Source: an uncultured Enterobacterales bacterium (GTDB taxonomy: Bacteria; Myxococcota_A; UBA796; JAFGLY01). Taken from it: a DNA stretch of 64,000 nucleotides. Within the stretch, counting starts at the first letter, position 1, and every line of letters begins with the position of its first letter. The notes beneath the pieces were generated by a model that had not been told where the DNA came from, ran no database searches, and saw only the letters and a program-made list of their open reading frames with translations. Positions 8,746-17,910 of the stretch are shown here, in pieces. A program made the translations under genes and the position numbers. The stretch is from positions 4,654-68,653 of the forward strand of contig CAYZVO010000012.1 in assembly GCA_964481655.1 (NCBI GenBank), read 5' to 3'.

Positions 8746-10755
8746 ATGTTTCCCCACCAGAAGCTCGACTGGCTCCTCGGACGGCTGGAGGCCGATGTCC
8801 GGGACAAAGCCGACGACCCGGCCGTCCGCCTGGAGTACGCGCGCGCCCTGATCTCGAAGGGGCTGTTCCACGGCGGCGGAGAGCAGTTCTGCTCCCTGGC
8901 CCTGCGCCAGGTCCAGCGCGTGCTCAAGGAAGACGCCCTCAACGGCGAAGGCCTGATCCTCGCCGGCCTCGCGCTCATCGGCATGAACCGTCCCGAAGGC
9001 GCCCGCTCCTACCTCGACGAAGCCTTCAAGCGCGTGCCGGAGCGCCCGGATCTGCACCTCGCCCTGGGTGTGCTGCACCGCTTCGACGGCGATCGCCACC
9101 GCGCCATCGGCCACCTCGAGCAGGCCTGCCGCCTGGCCCCCGACTCCTGGGAGGCCCACTTCCACCTGGGCCGCACGCTCTTCGAGCGCGCCCGCGAGAT
9201 CGGCAACCCCCAGCGGCTGCTCGAGCGCGCCCAGTTCCACCTGGTCAAGGCCCTCGAGGGCAGCATGAACCGCGACCTCGAGGCCGTGGCCGTGCGCGAC
9301 CTGGGCAACACCTGCCTGCTCACCGGCCGCTTCCGCGAGGCCGAGAAGCTCTTCAACCGGCTGCGCGAGCACCCCCGGATGCGCGCCAAGGCCCGCTTCC
9401 ACCTGGGCTGCGTGGCCTACGGGCTGGGCAAGTACAAGAACGCCATCCACCACCTGCGGACCTACCTCACCGACAACGCCAACGACGCCCGCGCCCACGC
9501 CACCATGGCCCAGGCCTACCTCCAGCTCGGTGAGCTGGCCCGCGCGCGAGAGGCCTGCAACAAGGCCCTGCTGCTCGACCCGGACAACCTCGAGGCCCGC
9601 TACACCCTCGGCTGCACCGTCCTCGAAGAAGGCGACCCCCAGGAAGCCATGCGCATCTTCCGGGTCAACCTGCGCGAGTCGCCGGACCACCTCGCCTCCT
9701 ACCTCGAGCTGGTCCGCACCCGGCGCCGCGGCGGCGACGTGCGCTGGCTGTCCCAGGCCCTGCACTCCGAGGTCGGCGACTTCGACCGGCTCAGCCGCGA
9801 CGAAGGCAGCGCGGATCCCCGCGAGGCCACCCGCGAGCGCATCGCCGTGCTGCTCGACGAGCTGCGCTCGGTGGGCCCCAGCTCCGTGGGCACCATCCTG
9901 GGCGCGGTGGGCCGCACCCGCACCGAAGCCATCCGCTTCCAGCTGTTCGAGTCCGCCGTGGGTCTGGCCGCCAGCCAGGCCGCCGACGACGTCGCCCTCA
10001 AGCTGCGAGATCCCGGCCGCCACTTCGGCGGCGAGCTGGGCCGCCAGGCCCACACCACCGCCATGCTGCTGCCCGAGCCGGTGCTCACCCGCGGCCTGGC
10101 CATCGGCGAAGAAGACCTCAAGCGCGAAGCCGTGAACCGCCACGGTCCCGCCATCGACGTCGCCCGCCACCGCCAGAACGTCGAGCGCACCCGCCAGGAA
10201 GCCCGCGCGTACCAGGCCCTGCTGCTGCTGGCCATCGCCCGCCGCCGCTCCCGCGCCGGCCGTCACCTGCTGCAGCGCTGGGCCGAGACCGCCGATCCCG
10301 AGATGGCCACCGTGGCCCGCATCGGGCTGGCGGCCTTCGGCGACCCCGCCGCGGTCATCGCCCTGCGGGAAGCCGCCACCAAGGCCGGCGTGGCCGCCCA
10401 GGCGGAGCAAGCCCTGGGCCGGCTGGCCCCCCGACGCGACAGCGCCGCACCCCGCACCGTGGCCAGCGACGAAGCAGCCCACTGCACCGCCTGCGGCCGC
10501 ACCGCCACCGACGCCCACCACCTCATGGCCGGCGGCAAGGCCGTGGTCTGCGATCAGTGCGTGGTGTCCATCGGGCGCAACCGGGCCAGCCTGCGAGCGC
10601 CGGACGACGCCCGCTGCTCGGTCTGCCAGCGCGGGGCCTTCGAGGCCCGCGGCCTGTACCAGTACAACGGTGTCGAGATCTGCAACCACTGCCTCGAGCT
10701 GTCCCTGGGCCTGCTCGAGCGCGAAGAGGTGGACCGCTTCCTGGCCGCTTGGTAG
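8746..10755 (+). CDS. TPR-repeat protein with two C-terminal ClpX-type C4 zinc-ribbon-like motifs
   Basis: 669-aa ORF. The N-terminal half has multiple TPR-like helical repeats (AHFHLGRTL, ARFHLGCVAY, AHATMAQAYLQLG, ARYTLGCTVL). The C-terminus has CTACG...LMAGGKAVVCDQC and CSVCQ...GVEICNHC, which resemble the ClpX N-terminal zinc finger. Confidence 0.7.
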   Translation: MFPHQKLDWLLGRLEADVRDKADDPAVRLEYARALISKGLFHGGGEQFCSLALRQVQRVLKEDALNGEGLILAGLALIGMNRPEGARSYLDEAFKRVPERPDLHLALGVLHRFDGDRHRAIGHLEQACRLAPDSWEAHFHLGRTLFERAREIGNPQRLLERAQFHLVKALEGSMNRDLEAVAVRDLGNTCLLTGRFREAEKLFNRLREHPRMRAKARFHLGCVAYGLGKYKNAIHHLRTYLTDNANDARAHATMAQAYLQLGELARAREACNKALLLDPDNLEARYTLGCTVLEEGDPQEAMRIFRVNLRESPDHLASYLELVRTRRRGGDVRWLSQALHSEVGDFDRLSRDEGSADPREATRERIAVLLDELRSVGPSSVGTILGAVGRTRTEAIRFQLFESAVGLAASQAADDVALKLRDPGRHFGGELGRQAHTTAMLLPEPVLTRGLAIGEEDLKREAVNRHGPAIDVARHRQNVERTRQEARAYQALLLLAIARRRSRAGRHLLQRWAETADPEMATVARIGLAAFGDPAAVIALREAATKAGVAAQAEQALGRLAPRRDSAAPRTVASDEAAHCTACGRTATDAHHLMAGGKAVVCDQCVVSIGRNRASLRAPDDARCSVCQRGAFEARGLYQYNGVEICNHCLELSLGLLEREEVDRFLAAW

Positions 10756-10791
10756 GGGTCCCCTCCCCTCCCTGCCGCACGCGAGCCCCCC

Positions 10792-11469
10792 ATGCAGATC
10801 CAGACCCTCGCCGTGGGCCAGTTCCAGGCCAACTGCTTCCTGATCACCTGCCCCGACACCGGCGCCTCCGCGGTGTTCGACGTGGGCGAAGACGGCTCCC
10901 TGCTGCGGCGCCTGCAAGGCCTGAGCCCCGTGCCCCGGCTCGAGGCCATCCTGCTGACCCACGCCCACATCGACCACGCCGGTGGGCTGCTGGAGCTGCA
11001 GCAGGGCATGGACGCCACCACCTGGATCGGGGCCGCCGAGCGCCCCCTGTTCGAGACCCTGCCCCAGCAGGGCAACTGGTTCGGGATGCCCCAGCTCAAT
11101 CGCCCCTGCGGCCGCATCGACCACTGGGCCGTCGACGGCGACGTCGTGAAGGTCGGCGAGCTCGCGTTCACCGTGCTCGAGGCCCCGGGACACTCGCCGG
11201 GCCAGATCTGCTACCACGGCCACGGCCACGTCTTCGTGGGCGACACCCTCTTCGCCGGCAGCATCGGCCGCACCGATCTGCCCCTGGGCGACGGCGCCAC
11301 CATGAACCGCAGCCTCGCCAAGCTGCTCGAGCTGCCGGGGGAGACCGTGGTCCACTGCGGCCACGGCCCGGACACCACCCTGCAAGCCGAGCTCGAGGCC
11401 AACCCCTACCTGGGCCATGTGCGCCGGGCCCGGGGCCTGCCGGAACCCCAGCGTCGCTTCTGGTTCTAG
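10792..11469 (+). CDS. MBL-fold metallo-hydrolase (glyoxalase II-like)
   Basis: 225-aa ORF with the THAHIDHAGG (HxHxDH) motif, APGHSPG, and a downstream GDTLF...GR and HGP pattern. Confidence 0.85.
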   Translation: MQIQTLAVGQFQANCFLITCPDTGASAVFDVGEDGSLLRRLQGLSPVPRLEAILLTHAHIDHAGGLLELQQGMDATTWIGAAERPLFETLPQQGNWFGMPQLNRPCGRIDHWAVDGDVVKVGELAFTVLEAPGHSPGQICYHGHGHVFVGDTLFAGSIGRTDLPLGDGATMNRSLAKLLELPGETVVHCGHGPDTTLQAELEANPYLGHVRRARGLPEPQRRFWF

Positions 11470-11473
11470 CGCC

Positions 11474-12457
11474 ATGACCACCGCCCTCACCGTCCGTGAG
11501 TACGAGCCGCTGCCCTGCGTCGTCTGCGGCGCCGAGAAGGCCACCAAGCGCTACCAGGTCCGGGACCTCATCCTGACCCGGCACGACCTGTGGTGGTTCG
11601 CCACCTGCGACAGCTGTGGCCACGGCTTCCTCAGCCCCCACCCCGGAGACGATGAGCTGGGTGAGCTGTACCGCGGCCTGTGGAGCCCAGAGGGCCTGCA
11701 GCTGGCCAACAACGTGGGCAACTCGGGCTTCGAGAAGGGCCTGACGGCCCACCGCCTCGAGGGCCTGCGGGTCGTGCTGGGCGACCACCCTGTGCGCCGG
11801 CTGCTGGACGTGGGCTGCGGCCTGGGCTTCTACCTGCGCGCCATGCACGAGGCCTGGCCCGACGCGAAGGCCCAGGGGGTCGAGCTCGTGGACGCCGCCG
11901 CCAGCCGGGCGGAGCGCCCCGGCGTCGAGGTCCTCCGCCAGCCCTGGGAGAGCGTGGAGCTCCCCGCGGGTGAGTTCGACATCGTGACCCTGATCCACTT
12001 CCTGGAACACCAGACCGATCCCGGCGCCGACATCGAGCGGGCCGCCGCCCTGCTGACCCCCGGGGGCGCCCTGGTGGTCGAGGTGCCCCGGCTGGATGGC
12101 TGGGCCCGACGCCTGTTCGGGCGCTGGTACTGGCCCCACCTGCCCCCGCAGCACCTGCAGGTCTTCTCCACCGCCGGCCTCACCAAGCTGCTCGAGGACC
12201 GCGGCCTCGAGGTGGGCTTCACCCGCGCCCGCAAGGGCTACCCCCTGCAGGCCTGCACGACCCTGGTGCTCTTCGCCCGCTACACCTTCGGCTCGAAGAG
12301 CCCCCACGCGAGCAACTGGGTGGTGCGCCTGCCCCTGATGCTGCTGGGCCTGTCCGTCCTGCCGAGCTTCTTCCTGTGGGACCTGCTGGTGGCCCCCATC
12401 CTCAACCGGCTCGGGATGGGCGACATCCTGCTGCTGGTCGCGCGCAAGCGCGCATAG
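11474..12457 (+). CDS. Class I SAM-dependent methyltransferase
   Basis: The track ORF 11417..12457 is trimmed to ATG 11474 (MTTALTVREYEPLPCVVCG...). It has an N-terminal Cys pair and the SAM-binding motif LLDVGCGLGFYL. The hydrophobic C-terminal tail suggests membrane association. Confidence 0.75.
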   Translation: MTTALTVREYEPLPCVVCGAEKATKRYQVRDLILTRHDLWWFATCDSCGHGFLSPHPGDDELGELYRGLWSPEGLQLANNVGNSGFEKGLTAHRLEGLRVVLGDHPVRRLLDVGCGLGFYLRAMHEAWPDAKAQGVELVDAAASRAERPGVEVLRQPWESVELPAGEFDIVTLIHFLEHQTDPGADIERAAALLTPGGALVVEVPRLDGWARRLFGRWYWPHLPPQHLQVFSTAGLTKLLEDRGLEVGFTRARKGYPLQACTTLVLFARYTFGSKSPHASNWVVRLPLMLLGLSVLPSFFLWDLLVAPILNRLGMGDILLLVARKRA

Positions 12458-12483
12458 CCGTCAGCTGTCAGCTGAACGCTCCC

Positions 12484-14070
12484 CTAGTAGTCCCAGTCGT
12501 AGCTGTCTTCTTCGTCGTCGGCGCCGGCGTCGTCCACGTCGGACCAGCTGACCGAGTTGCGGCCCTTTTCCTTGGACTCGTACAGGGCCAGGTCGGCGGC
12601 CTTGACGATCTGCTCGGCGATCTCGTTGGCGGTCGTGTCCGAGTCCACCCGGCCCGCCCAGGTGGTCCCGCCGAAGGAGCAGGAGACCGGCACGTGGGCG
12701 TCGCCGATGGTGAGGTCCAGCTTGGCGATCGCCTTGCGGACCCGCTCGGCGGTCCTGAGCCCGATGGGCCCCGGGGTCTCGGGCATCAGCAGGTACATCT
12801 CATCGCCGCCCACCCGGGCCTTGATGTCCGTGGCCCGCAGCTCCTTCTGGAGCACCGAGGCGATGGCCGAGAGGACCACGTCTCCGAAGGGGTGGCCGTA
12901 GGTGTCGTTGACGGTCTTGAACTTGTCGATGTCCAGACAGACCACCGACAGGGGGCGCCCGGTGCGGCTGTGGCGATGGATCTCGCGCAGGAAGCCGTCC
13001 TCGAAGTGGCGGCGGTTGGACAGCCCGGTGAGCGGGTCGTAGTAGGCCAGCTGCTCGAGGCGGGCGTTGGCCAGCTCGAGGGCGTGGAAGAGCGACTCCT
13101 TCTCTTCGAGGGCGGCCTGGAGCTTGAGGGTGAGCTCCTGGTAGGAGAGGTGCTCTTCGACCAGCTGCTTGTTGGCTTGTTCGAGGATGCCTTGGAAGCT
13201 GGCCTGCTCCCCGACCCCCAGGCCCAGGGTGGCGCTGACGGCCTCGACCTGCTCCGGCACCGAGGAGAGCAGATCCTCGATCTGGGTGGTGCTCAGGGAG
13301 AACGGTGCTTCGCTCAAGATCCTGTGGCAGGTCTCGAGGCTGCTGCGCTTGTCGCGGGCGGTGAAGACCGAGCCGAGGACTTCGGCCCCGTGGGCGACCT
13401 GGCACATCTTGACCGAGGCCTCGGACAGACCGGCGGGGGGCTCGTCGTGATGGTTGGCGATGGCGACGCCGATCTCTTCGGGCAGGCCCCAGTTGCGAGC
13501 CAGCATCCAGCCCACGTGGGTGTGGGAGGTGCCGAAGTTTTCGTGCTCCACGCGGGGGCGGTGCTCCATGGAGGTGGCGCGGATGATGGGCCAGGACGAG
13601 ACCTTGCCGGGCATCACGTGCAGCATCACCAGGATGCCGAACTCCTGGAGCAGGCCCAGGGTGAAGGCTTCTTCTTGATCGATGCCCAGCAACCCGGCGA
13701 AGTGGCGGGCGCCGACGGCGCGGCGCAGGGCGTCCTCCCAGAAGTCGGTGACGTCGAAGCCCTTCATGCTCTCGGCGCGGGTGGCGTCGCGCACCGCGAA
13801 GCACAGGGCGATGTTGCGCAGGGCCCGGTTGCCCAGCACGGCCACCGCCTGGTTCGCCGAGCGCACCTTGCGCTCGAGCCCGAAGAAGGCGGAGTTCACG
13901 GTGCGGAGGACCTCGACCGTGAGCCGCGGATCCTGGTTGACGATGCTGGAGAGCTGGGTGGCTCCCACTTCCTGGTCTCGGCAAGCCTTGACGATGCCCA
14001 AGGCAGCCTGCGGCGGTGCCGGCAGGTCGGACGGCTTGATCTTGCCAGCAAAGTGTTGCTGGGAGGACAT
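12484..14070 (-). CDS. HDOD domain / GGDEF domain signalling protein (GGDEM variant)
   Basis: The track ORF is trimmed to ATG 14070 (MSSQQHFAGKIK...). The HDOD region includes LPAPPQAALGIVKACRD...VAVLGNRALRNIAL. The C-terminal GGDEF domain has YYDPLTGLSNRRHF, an RATD I-site and RVGGDEMYLL. Confidence 0.85.
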   Translation of the reverse strand: MSSQQHFAGKIKPSDLPAPPQAALGIVKACRDQEVGATQLSSIVNQDPRLTVEVLRTVNSAFFGLERKVRSANQAVAVLGNRALRNIALCFAVRDATRAESMKGFDVTDFWEDALRRAVGARHFAGLLGIDQEEAFTLGLLQEFGILVMLHVMPGKVSSWPIIRATSMEHRPRVEHENFGTSHTHVGWMLARNWGLPEEIGVAIANHHDEPPAGLSEASVKMCQVAHGAEVLGSVFTARDKRSSLETCHRILSEAPFSLSTTQIEDLLSSVPEQVEAVSATLGLGVGEQASFQGILEQANKQLVEEHLSYQELTLKLQAALEEKESLFHALELANARLEQLAYYDPLTGLSNRRHFEDGFLREIHRHSRTGRPLSVVCLDIDKFKTVNDTYGHPFGDVVLSAIASVLQKELRATDIKARVGGDEMYLLMPETPGPIGLRTAERVRKAIAKLDLTIGDAHVPVSCSFGGTTWAGRVDSDTTANEIAEQIVKAADLALYESKEKGRNSVSWSDVDDAGADDEEDSYDWDY

Positions 14071-14294
14071 AGAGGGCTCCCGTCGGATCTGGTCAAGGAT
14101 TGGTGACGCTCGAACGAGAAACCTATCACAAGGCAAGCCCGCCGCGGGCGCGCCGACGCCCACCCGACCGTAACCCGCACCAGAATTTGGGTTTCGCGCA
14201 GATATACCAGTGTGGGCATACAGGAACTACGGCGACCTCGTGGCGCATCCTGGGCTGAGCAGCGGGTTTCCCGGGGGACTCCCCTAGGCGATTC

Positions 14295-15110
14295 TCAGGG
14301 TTTTCCCGGATGCCCGGGACGCCAGCCCCAGCGCCGCAGGGCCAGCTGCCGATCCATCATGGCTTGGATGGCGTCCTGCACGAGCTCATAAACCGCGGTG
14401 ACCGTCGCGTCGTCATCGGCGGCCTCCGGCGGGTGGGCGTCCACCGGGATGGGGGCCCCGACCTCGACCATGGTGCGCACCGGCAGGGGCAGGTGGAAGA
14501 GAGGCCCGACGCCGACGCCCCAGGGCAGGCCCAGGAAGATGGGGAAGGACTCGCTGCGGAAGCGCTCCTTGATCCCCGTCCACTTGGCGATGCGCTCGCC
14601 GCGGCTCAGGACGAAGTAGGCCTCGTGGCCGCCCAGGGACATCACCGGCACGATGGGCACGCCGTTGCGCAGCGCCAGCCGCACGAAGCCCTTGTGGCCT
14701 CCGAAGTCCACCCGGTGGCGTTCCTTCCAGGGCCGGAACGCCTCGTAGTTGCCCCCGGGCCAGACCGCGACCTTGCGACCGGCGGCGAACACGGCGTCCG
14801 CGTTGCGGTGGCTGGCCTTCACCGCGCCGCCCTTGGCCAGCAGCGGGCCGAGGCCGGGGATGGCCATCAGGCTGTCGTGGGCCAGGTAGTAGAAGCCGTC
14901 CTCGCCGTTCATGCGGCGGTGCCACTCGAGCCCCAGCAGCACGGGCTCGAGGAAGGTGATGCCGGCGTTGTGGTTGCCCACCAGCAGCGCCGGACCAGCC
15001 GGGATGTGCTCGATGCCCAGGACCCGCCCGCGCAGGTAGCGGCGGATGACGTGGCCGATGGGCACGAACTTGTCGATGAGCGCTGTGTCGATGAGGGGAA
15101 GCTCTTCCAT
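14295..15110 (-). CDS. Lysophospholipid/glycerolipid acyltransferase family protein (PlsC-like)
   Basis: 271-aa ORF with LVGNHNAG in the position of the acyltransferase HX4D-type block. VAVWPGG and GFVRLALRNGVPIVPV blocks are typical of the family. Confidence 0.6.
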   Translation of the reverse strand: MEELPLIDTALIDKFVPIGHVIRRYLRGRVLGIEHIPAGPALLVGNHNAGITFLEPVLLGLEWHRRMNGEDGFYYLAHDSLMAIPGLGPLLAKGGAVKASHRNADAVFAAGRKVAVWPGGNYEAFRPWKERHRVDFGGHKGFVRLALRNGVPIVPVMSLGGHEAYFVLSRGERIAKWTGIKERFRSESFPIFLGLPWGVGVGPLFHLPLPVRTMVEVGAPIPVDAHPPEAADDDATVTAVYELVQDAIQAMMDRQLALRRWGWRPGHPGKP

Positions 15111-15179
15111 GGGACGCCCGCCGGGCTAAGGGTGTCAGCGCCGATGCTAACCGCCGCGGGCGCCGCGCGAGGAGCTTCC

Positions 15180-15932
15180 ATGCAGCGAGATGAGCTGATT
15201 CACTGGCTGGACTTCGTCCTCGAGACCGACGCGTACGGGGACGCCTCCCTCAACGGCTTGCAGATCGAAGGCAGCGAAGAGATCTCCCGGATCGCCGTGG
15301 CCACCGACGCGTGCCAGGCCACCATCGACGGCGCTGTGGCCGCGGGCGCGCAGCTGCTCATCGTGCACCACGGCCTGTTCTGGGGCCAGTGCGAGGTCAT
15401 CAAGGGGGCCCACGGGCGCCGGATCCGCGCGGCCATCAAGGCCGACCTGAACCTCTACTGCAGCCACCTGCCCCTGGACGCCCACCCCACCATCGGCAAC
15501 AACGCCCGGCTGGCGGCGGGGCTGGGGCTGGTGGAGCGACGCCCCTGGGGCGGAGACCCCGCGCGCCCCATCGGCGCCGCCGGCCAGCTCCCCTCACCCA
15601 TGGCCCCCGCCGCCCTGGCACAGCGCGTCGAGGAGCTGCTCGACACCACGGTGCGCCTGCTGCCCTTCGGTCCCGACCCGATCCGCAGCCTCGGGATCAT
15701 CTCCGGCGCCGCCGGGAGCATGGTGGACCAGGGCCTGCACGAGGGCCTCGACGCCGTGCTCACCGGCGAGCCCCGCTACGGTCAGTTCTTCACGGCCGAA
15801 GAAGGCGGCATCAACCTGCTCTTCGCCGGCCACTACGCCACCGAGACCGCCGGCGTGAAGGCCCTGGCCCAGCACATCGAGGACACACACGGGCTACCCT
15901 GGGTGTTCCTGGACCACCCCACCGGACTCTGA
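15180..15932 (+). CDS. Nif3-like dinuclear metal centre protein (YbgI/GTP cyclohydrolase 1 type 2 homologue family)
   Basis: The track ORF 14310..15932 is trimmed to ATG 15180 (MQRDELIHWLD...). Motifs include SLNGLQIEG, LLIVHHGLFW, LYCSHLPLDAHP and FAGHYATE. A GAGGAG RBS is present. Confidence 0.85.
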   Translation: MQRDELIHWLDFVLETDAYGDASLNGLQIEGSEEISRIAVATDACQATIDGAVAAGAQLLIVHHGLFWGQCEVIKGAHGRRIRAAIKADLNLYCSHLPLDAHPTIGNNARLAAGLGLVERRPWGGDPARPIGAAGQLPSPMAPAALAQRVEELLDTTVRLLPFGPDPIRSLGIISGAAGSMVDQGLHEGLDAVLTGEPRYGQFFTAEEGGINLLFAGHYATETAGVKALAQHIEDTHGLPWVFLDHPTGL

Positions 15933-15939
15933 GGGTTCC

Positions 15940-16491
15940 ATGCTGCACAGCCTGCTCTTCGCCGCCCTTCTCAGCGCACCGGCCGAGCCCTGCGAGCTGG
16001 CCGGGGTCACGCTCCCCGACAGCATCCAGCTGGGGGGGCAGACCCTGATGCTCAACGGCATGGGCCTGCGAGAGTTCGTGTTCATCGACATCTACGTGGG
16101 GGGCATGTACCTGCCCAGCTTCACCGCGTCGGACACCGAGGCCATCACCGCCGACGTGCCCAAGCGCATGGTGATGCACTTCATCTTCTCCGAGGTCAGC
16201 CGAGAGAAGATGATCGAGACCTTCCAGGAGGGCCTCGAGAACAACCCCGACGCCAAGTCCATGGGCGATCGCGCCCAGCGGCTCTACGCTGTGATGGAGA
16301 CCTGCCACGCCGGCGATCAGGTCGTGCTGGACTACGTCCCAGGCCAGGGCCTGGCCATCTACCTCAAGGGCGAGCTGAAGGACACCATCCCCGGCGCCGA
16401 CTTCATGGAGGCGGTCTGGATGTTGTTCATCGGCCCCGTGCCTCCCTCGGCGAAGCTCAAGAAGGGCTTGCTGGGCGGCTGTCCCAGCTGA
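15940..16491 (+). CDS. Chalcone isomerase-like family protein (periplasmic, fatty-acid-binding type)
   Basis: 183-aa ORF with a signal peptide. LNGMGLREFVFIDIYVGGMYLP is the characteristic Chalcone_3-type motif. Confidence 0.7.
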   Translation: MLHSLLFAALLSAPAEPCELAGVTLPDSIQLGGQTLMLNGMGLREFVFIDIYVGGMYLPSFTASDTEAITADVPKRMVMHFIFSEVSREKMIETFQEGLENNPDAKSMGDRAQRLYAVMETCHAGDQVVLDYVPGQGLAIYLKGELKDTIPGADFMEAVWMLFIGPVPPSAKLKKGLLGGCPS

Positions 16492-16505
16492 TCCGGGCGA
16501 GGCGC

Positions 16506-16545
16506 CCAACCTGTGCAGTCTGATCCAAACTGCACAGTTTGGTGA
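16506..16545 (+). terminator. Hairpin followed by a short T tract, 15 nt after the stop at 16491; putative intrinsic terminator
   Basis: CCAACCTGTGCAGT (16506..16519) pairs with ACTGCACAGTTTGG (16529..16542). The core is a perfect 9 bp (CTGTGCAGT/ACTGCACAG) with a 9-nt loop, followed by TTTGG. Confidence 0.5.
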
Positions 16546-16644
16546 AAACCGAGGTTCGACCGTGGCCCCCGGTCCACAGAACACCCACAGCTTGCCTGGC
16601 TGGGGGGCAGCTGATGGCGTGGAGCTGTCCCAGGCCCCCCCGCC

Positions 16645-17859
16645 ATGAACCGAGCCTACAGCGACGATCCGCGAGCGCACCAGCTGCGCGCCCTGGCGCT
16701 GCGTGAGGAGCTCCGGGGGGAGCGGTCCGTCAACGAGATCTGCACCCTGATCGCGGGCTGCCTGCTGCCGGTCCTGGCGGTGACCTTCGCCTTTCAGGGC
16801 TTCACCGCCAGCTACCTGGCGAACTTCCTGAGCTACCTGCTGTTCGTGGGCTACACCGGCGGGATGTACCTCCTGCTGCGGCGCGGCCTGCACCACCCTG
16901 GGATCAAGTACGCCACCGTGGCGCTGCTGGTGACCCTGGTGAGCGCCACCATCGCCGGGTACGCGCCCACCTCCGGCTGGGTCCACGCCACCCGCACCGC
17001 CACGCTGACCCTGTACTTCGTGCCGCTGGTCATCTCCGGGCTCTACCTGCACCCCCGGGTGGCGCTCTTCGCGGGCGCGCTGGCGGCGGCCCAGTACACC
17101 GGCCTGTTCCTCTACGCCGCCCTCGGCGCCGGGGCGCCCATCGCAGAGATGGAGACCTTCGACACCGCGGCCCTGTCCTGGGACGTCCTGGCGGTCATCG
17201 CGCCCGGCCTCCTGATCGCGGCGGGCACGGTGGCGGCCCTGACGCGGCGCTCGCGCTTCGCCCTGCTGCAGGCCGTGTTCTCCGAGGCCAGCCGGACCGA
17301 GCTGGAGCGCGTCCGTCAGCGCCTCGAGACCATGGCCTGGCACGACGTGCTCACCGGGCTGAACAACCGACGCCGCTTCCAGGAGACCTTCGCCGCCGAG
17401 CAGGCCCGGGCCCGGCGCTACCCCGGTGATCTGTGCCTGCTGATGCTGGACATCGACAACTTCAAGCAGCTCAACGACGAGCACGGCCACACCACGGGCG
17501 ACCGGGTGCTGGTGCAGCTGAGCCGCGAGGTCTCGCGCATCATCCGCGAGACCGACCACTTCGCCCGCTGGGGGGGCGAGGAGTTCACCATCCTCTGCCC
17601 GGGCACCGACATCGACGGGGCCCGCCTGATGGCGGAGAAGATCCGCCAGCACGTCGAGAGCATCGAGCTGCCGGGGCTGCGGCTGGGGCTGAGCGTGAGC
17701 ATCGGGGTGACCGATCTGGCCCCCGAGGACGAGCTGGATCAGCTCATCGAGCGGGCCGACAGCGCCCTGTACGCCGCCAAGCGCGCGGGCCGAAACCGGG
17801 TCGGGGTGCGCCCCCACCGGGTGCCGCCCCCCAGCGAGCCGCTGAGGCTGGCGAACTGA
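16645..17859 (+). CDS. Membrane-anchored diguanylate cyclase (multi-TM sensor + GGDEF, canonical GGEEF)
   Basis: 404-aa ORF. The N-terminus has about 6 TM segments. The C-terminus has WHDVLTGLNNRRRF, an RETD I-site and RWGGEEFTILCPG. Confidence 0.85.
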   Translation: MNRAYSDDPRAHQLRALALREELRGERSVNEICTLIAGCLLPVLAVTFAFQGFTASYLANFLSYLLFVGYTGGMYLLLRRGLHHPGIKYATVALLVTLVSATIAGYAPTSGWVHATRTATLTLYFVPLVISGLYLHPRVALFAGALAAAQYTGLFLYAALGAGAPIAEMETFDTAALSWDVLAVIAPGLLIAAGTVAALTRRSRFALLQAVFSEASRTELERVRQRLETMAWHDVLTGLNNRRRFQETFAAEQARARRYPGDLCLLMLDIDNFKQLNDEHGHTTGDRVLVQLSREVSRIIRETDHFARWGGEEFTILCPGTDIDGARLMAEKIRQHVESIELPGLRLGLSVSIGVTDLAPEDELDQLIERADSALYAAKRAGRNRVGVRPHRVPPPSEPLRLAN

Positions 17860-17910
17860 CGACCGGGCTCAGCGGGAACCGCGACGGGTGGGCAAACCCC
17901 TCCCCTACGA

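Noticed and set aside
8452-11547. Minus-strand ORF of 1031 aa spanning three plus-strand genes
   Set aside because: Only its last 66 codons (the Flp pilin, 8452..8652) look real. The remainder is antisense to the TPR, MBL and methyltransferase genes and is G/A/V/L low-complexity.
12458-12483. Duplicated self-complementary CAGCTG (GTCAGCTGTCAGCTGAAC) between convergent genes, as a possible bidirectional terminator
   Set aside because: The arms are adjacent, which leaves essentially no loop, and there is no U tract. It is too weak to call.
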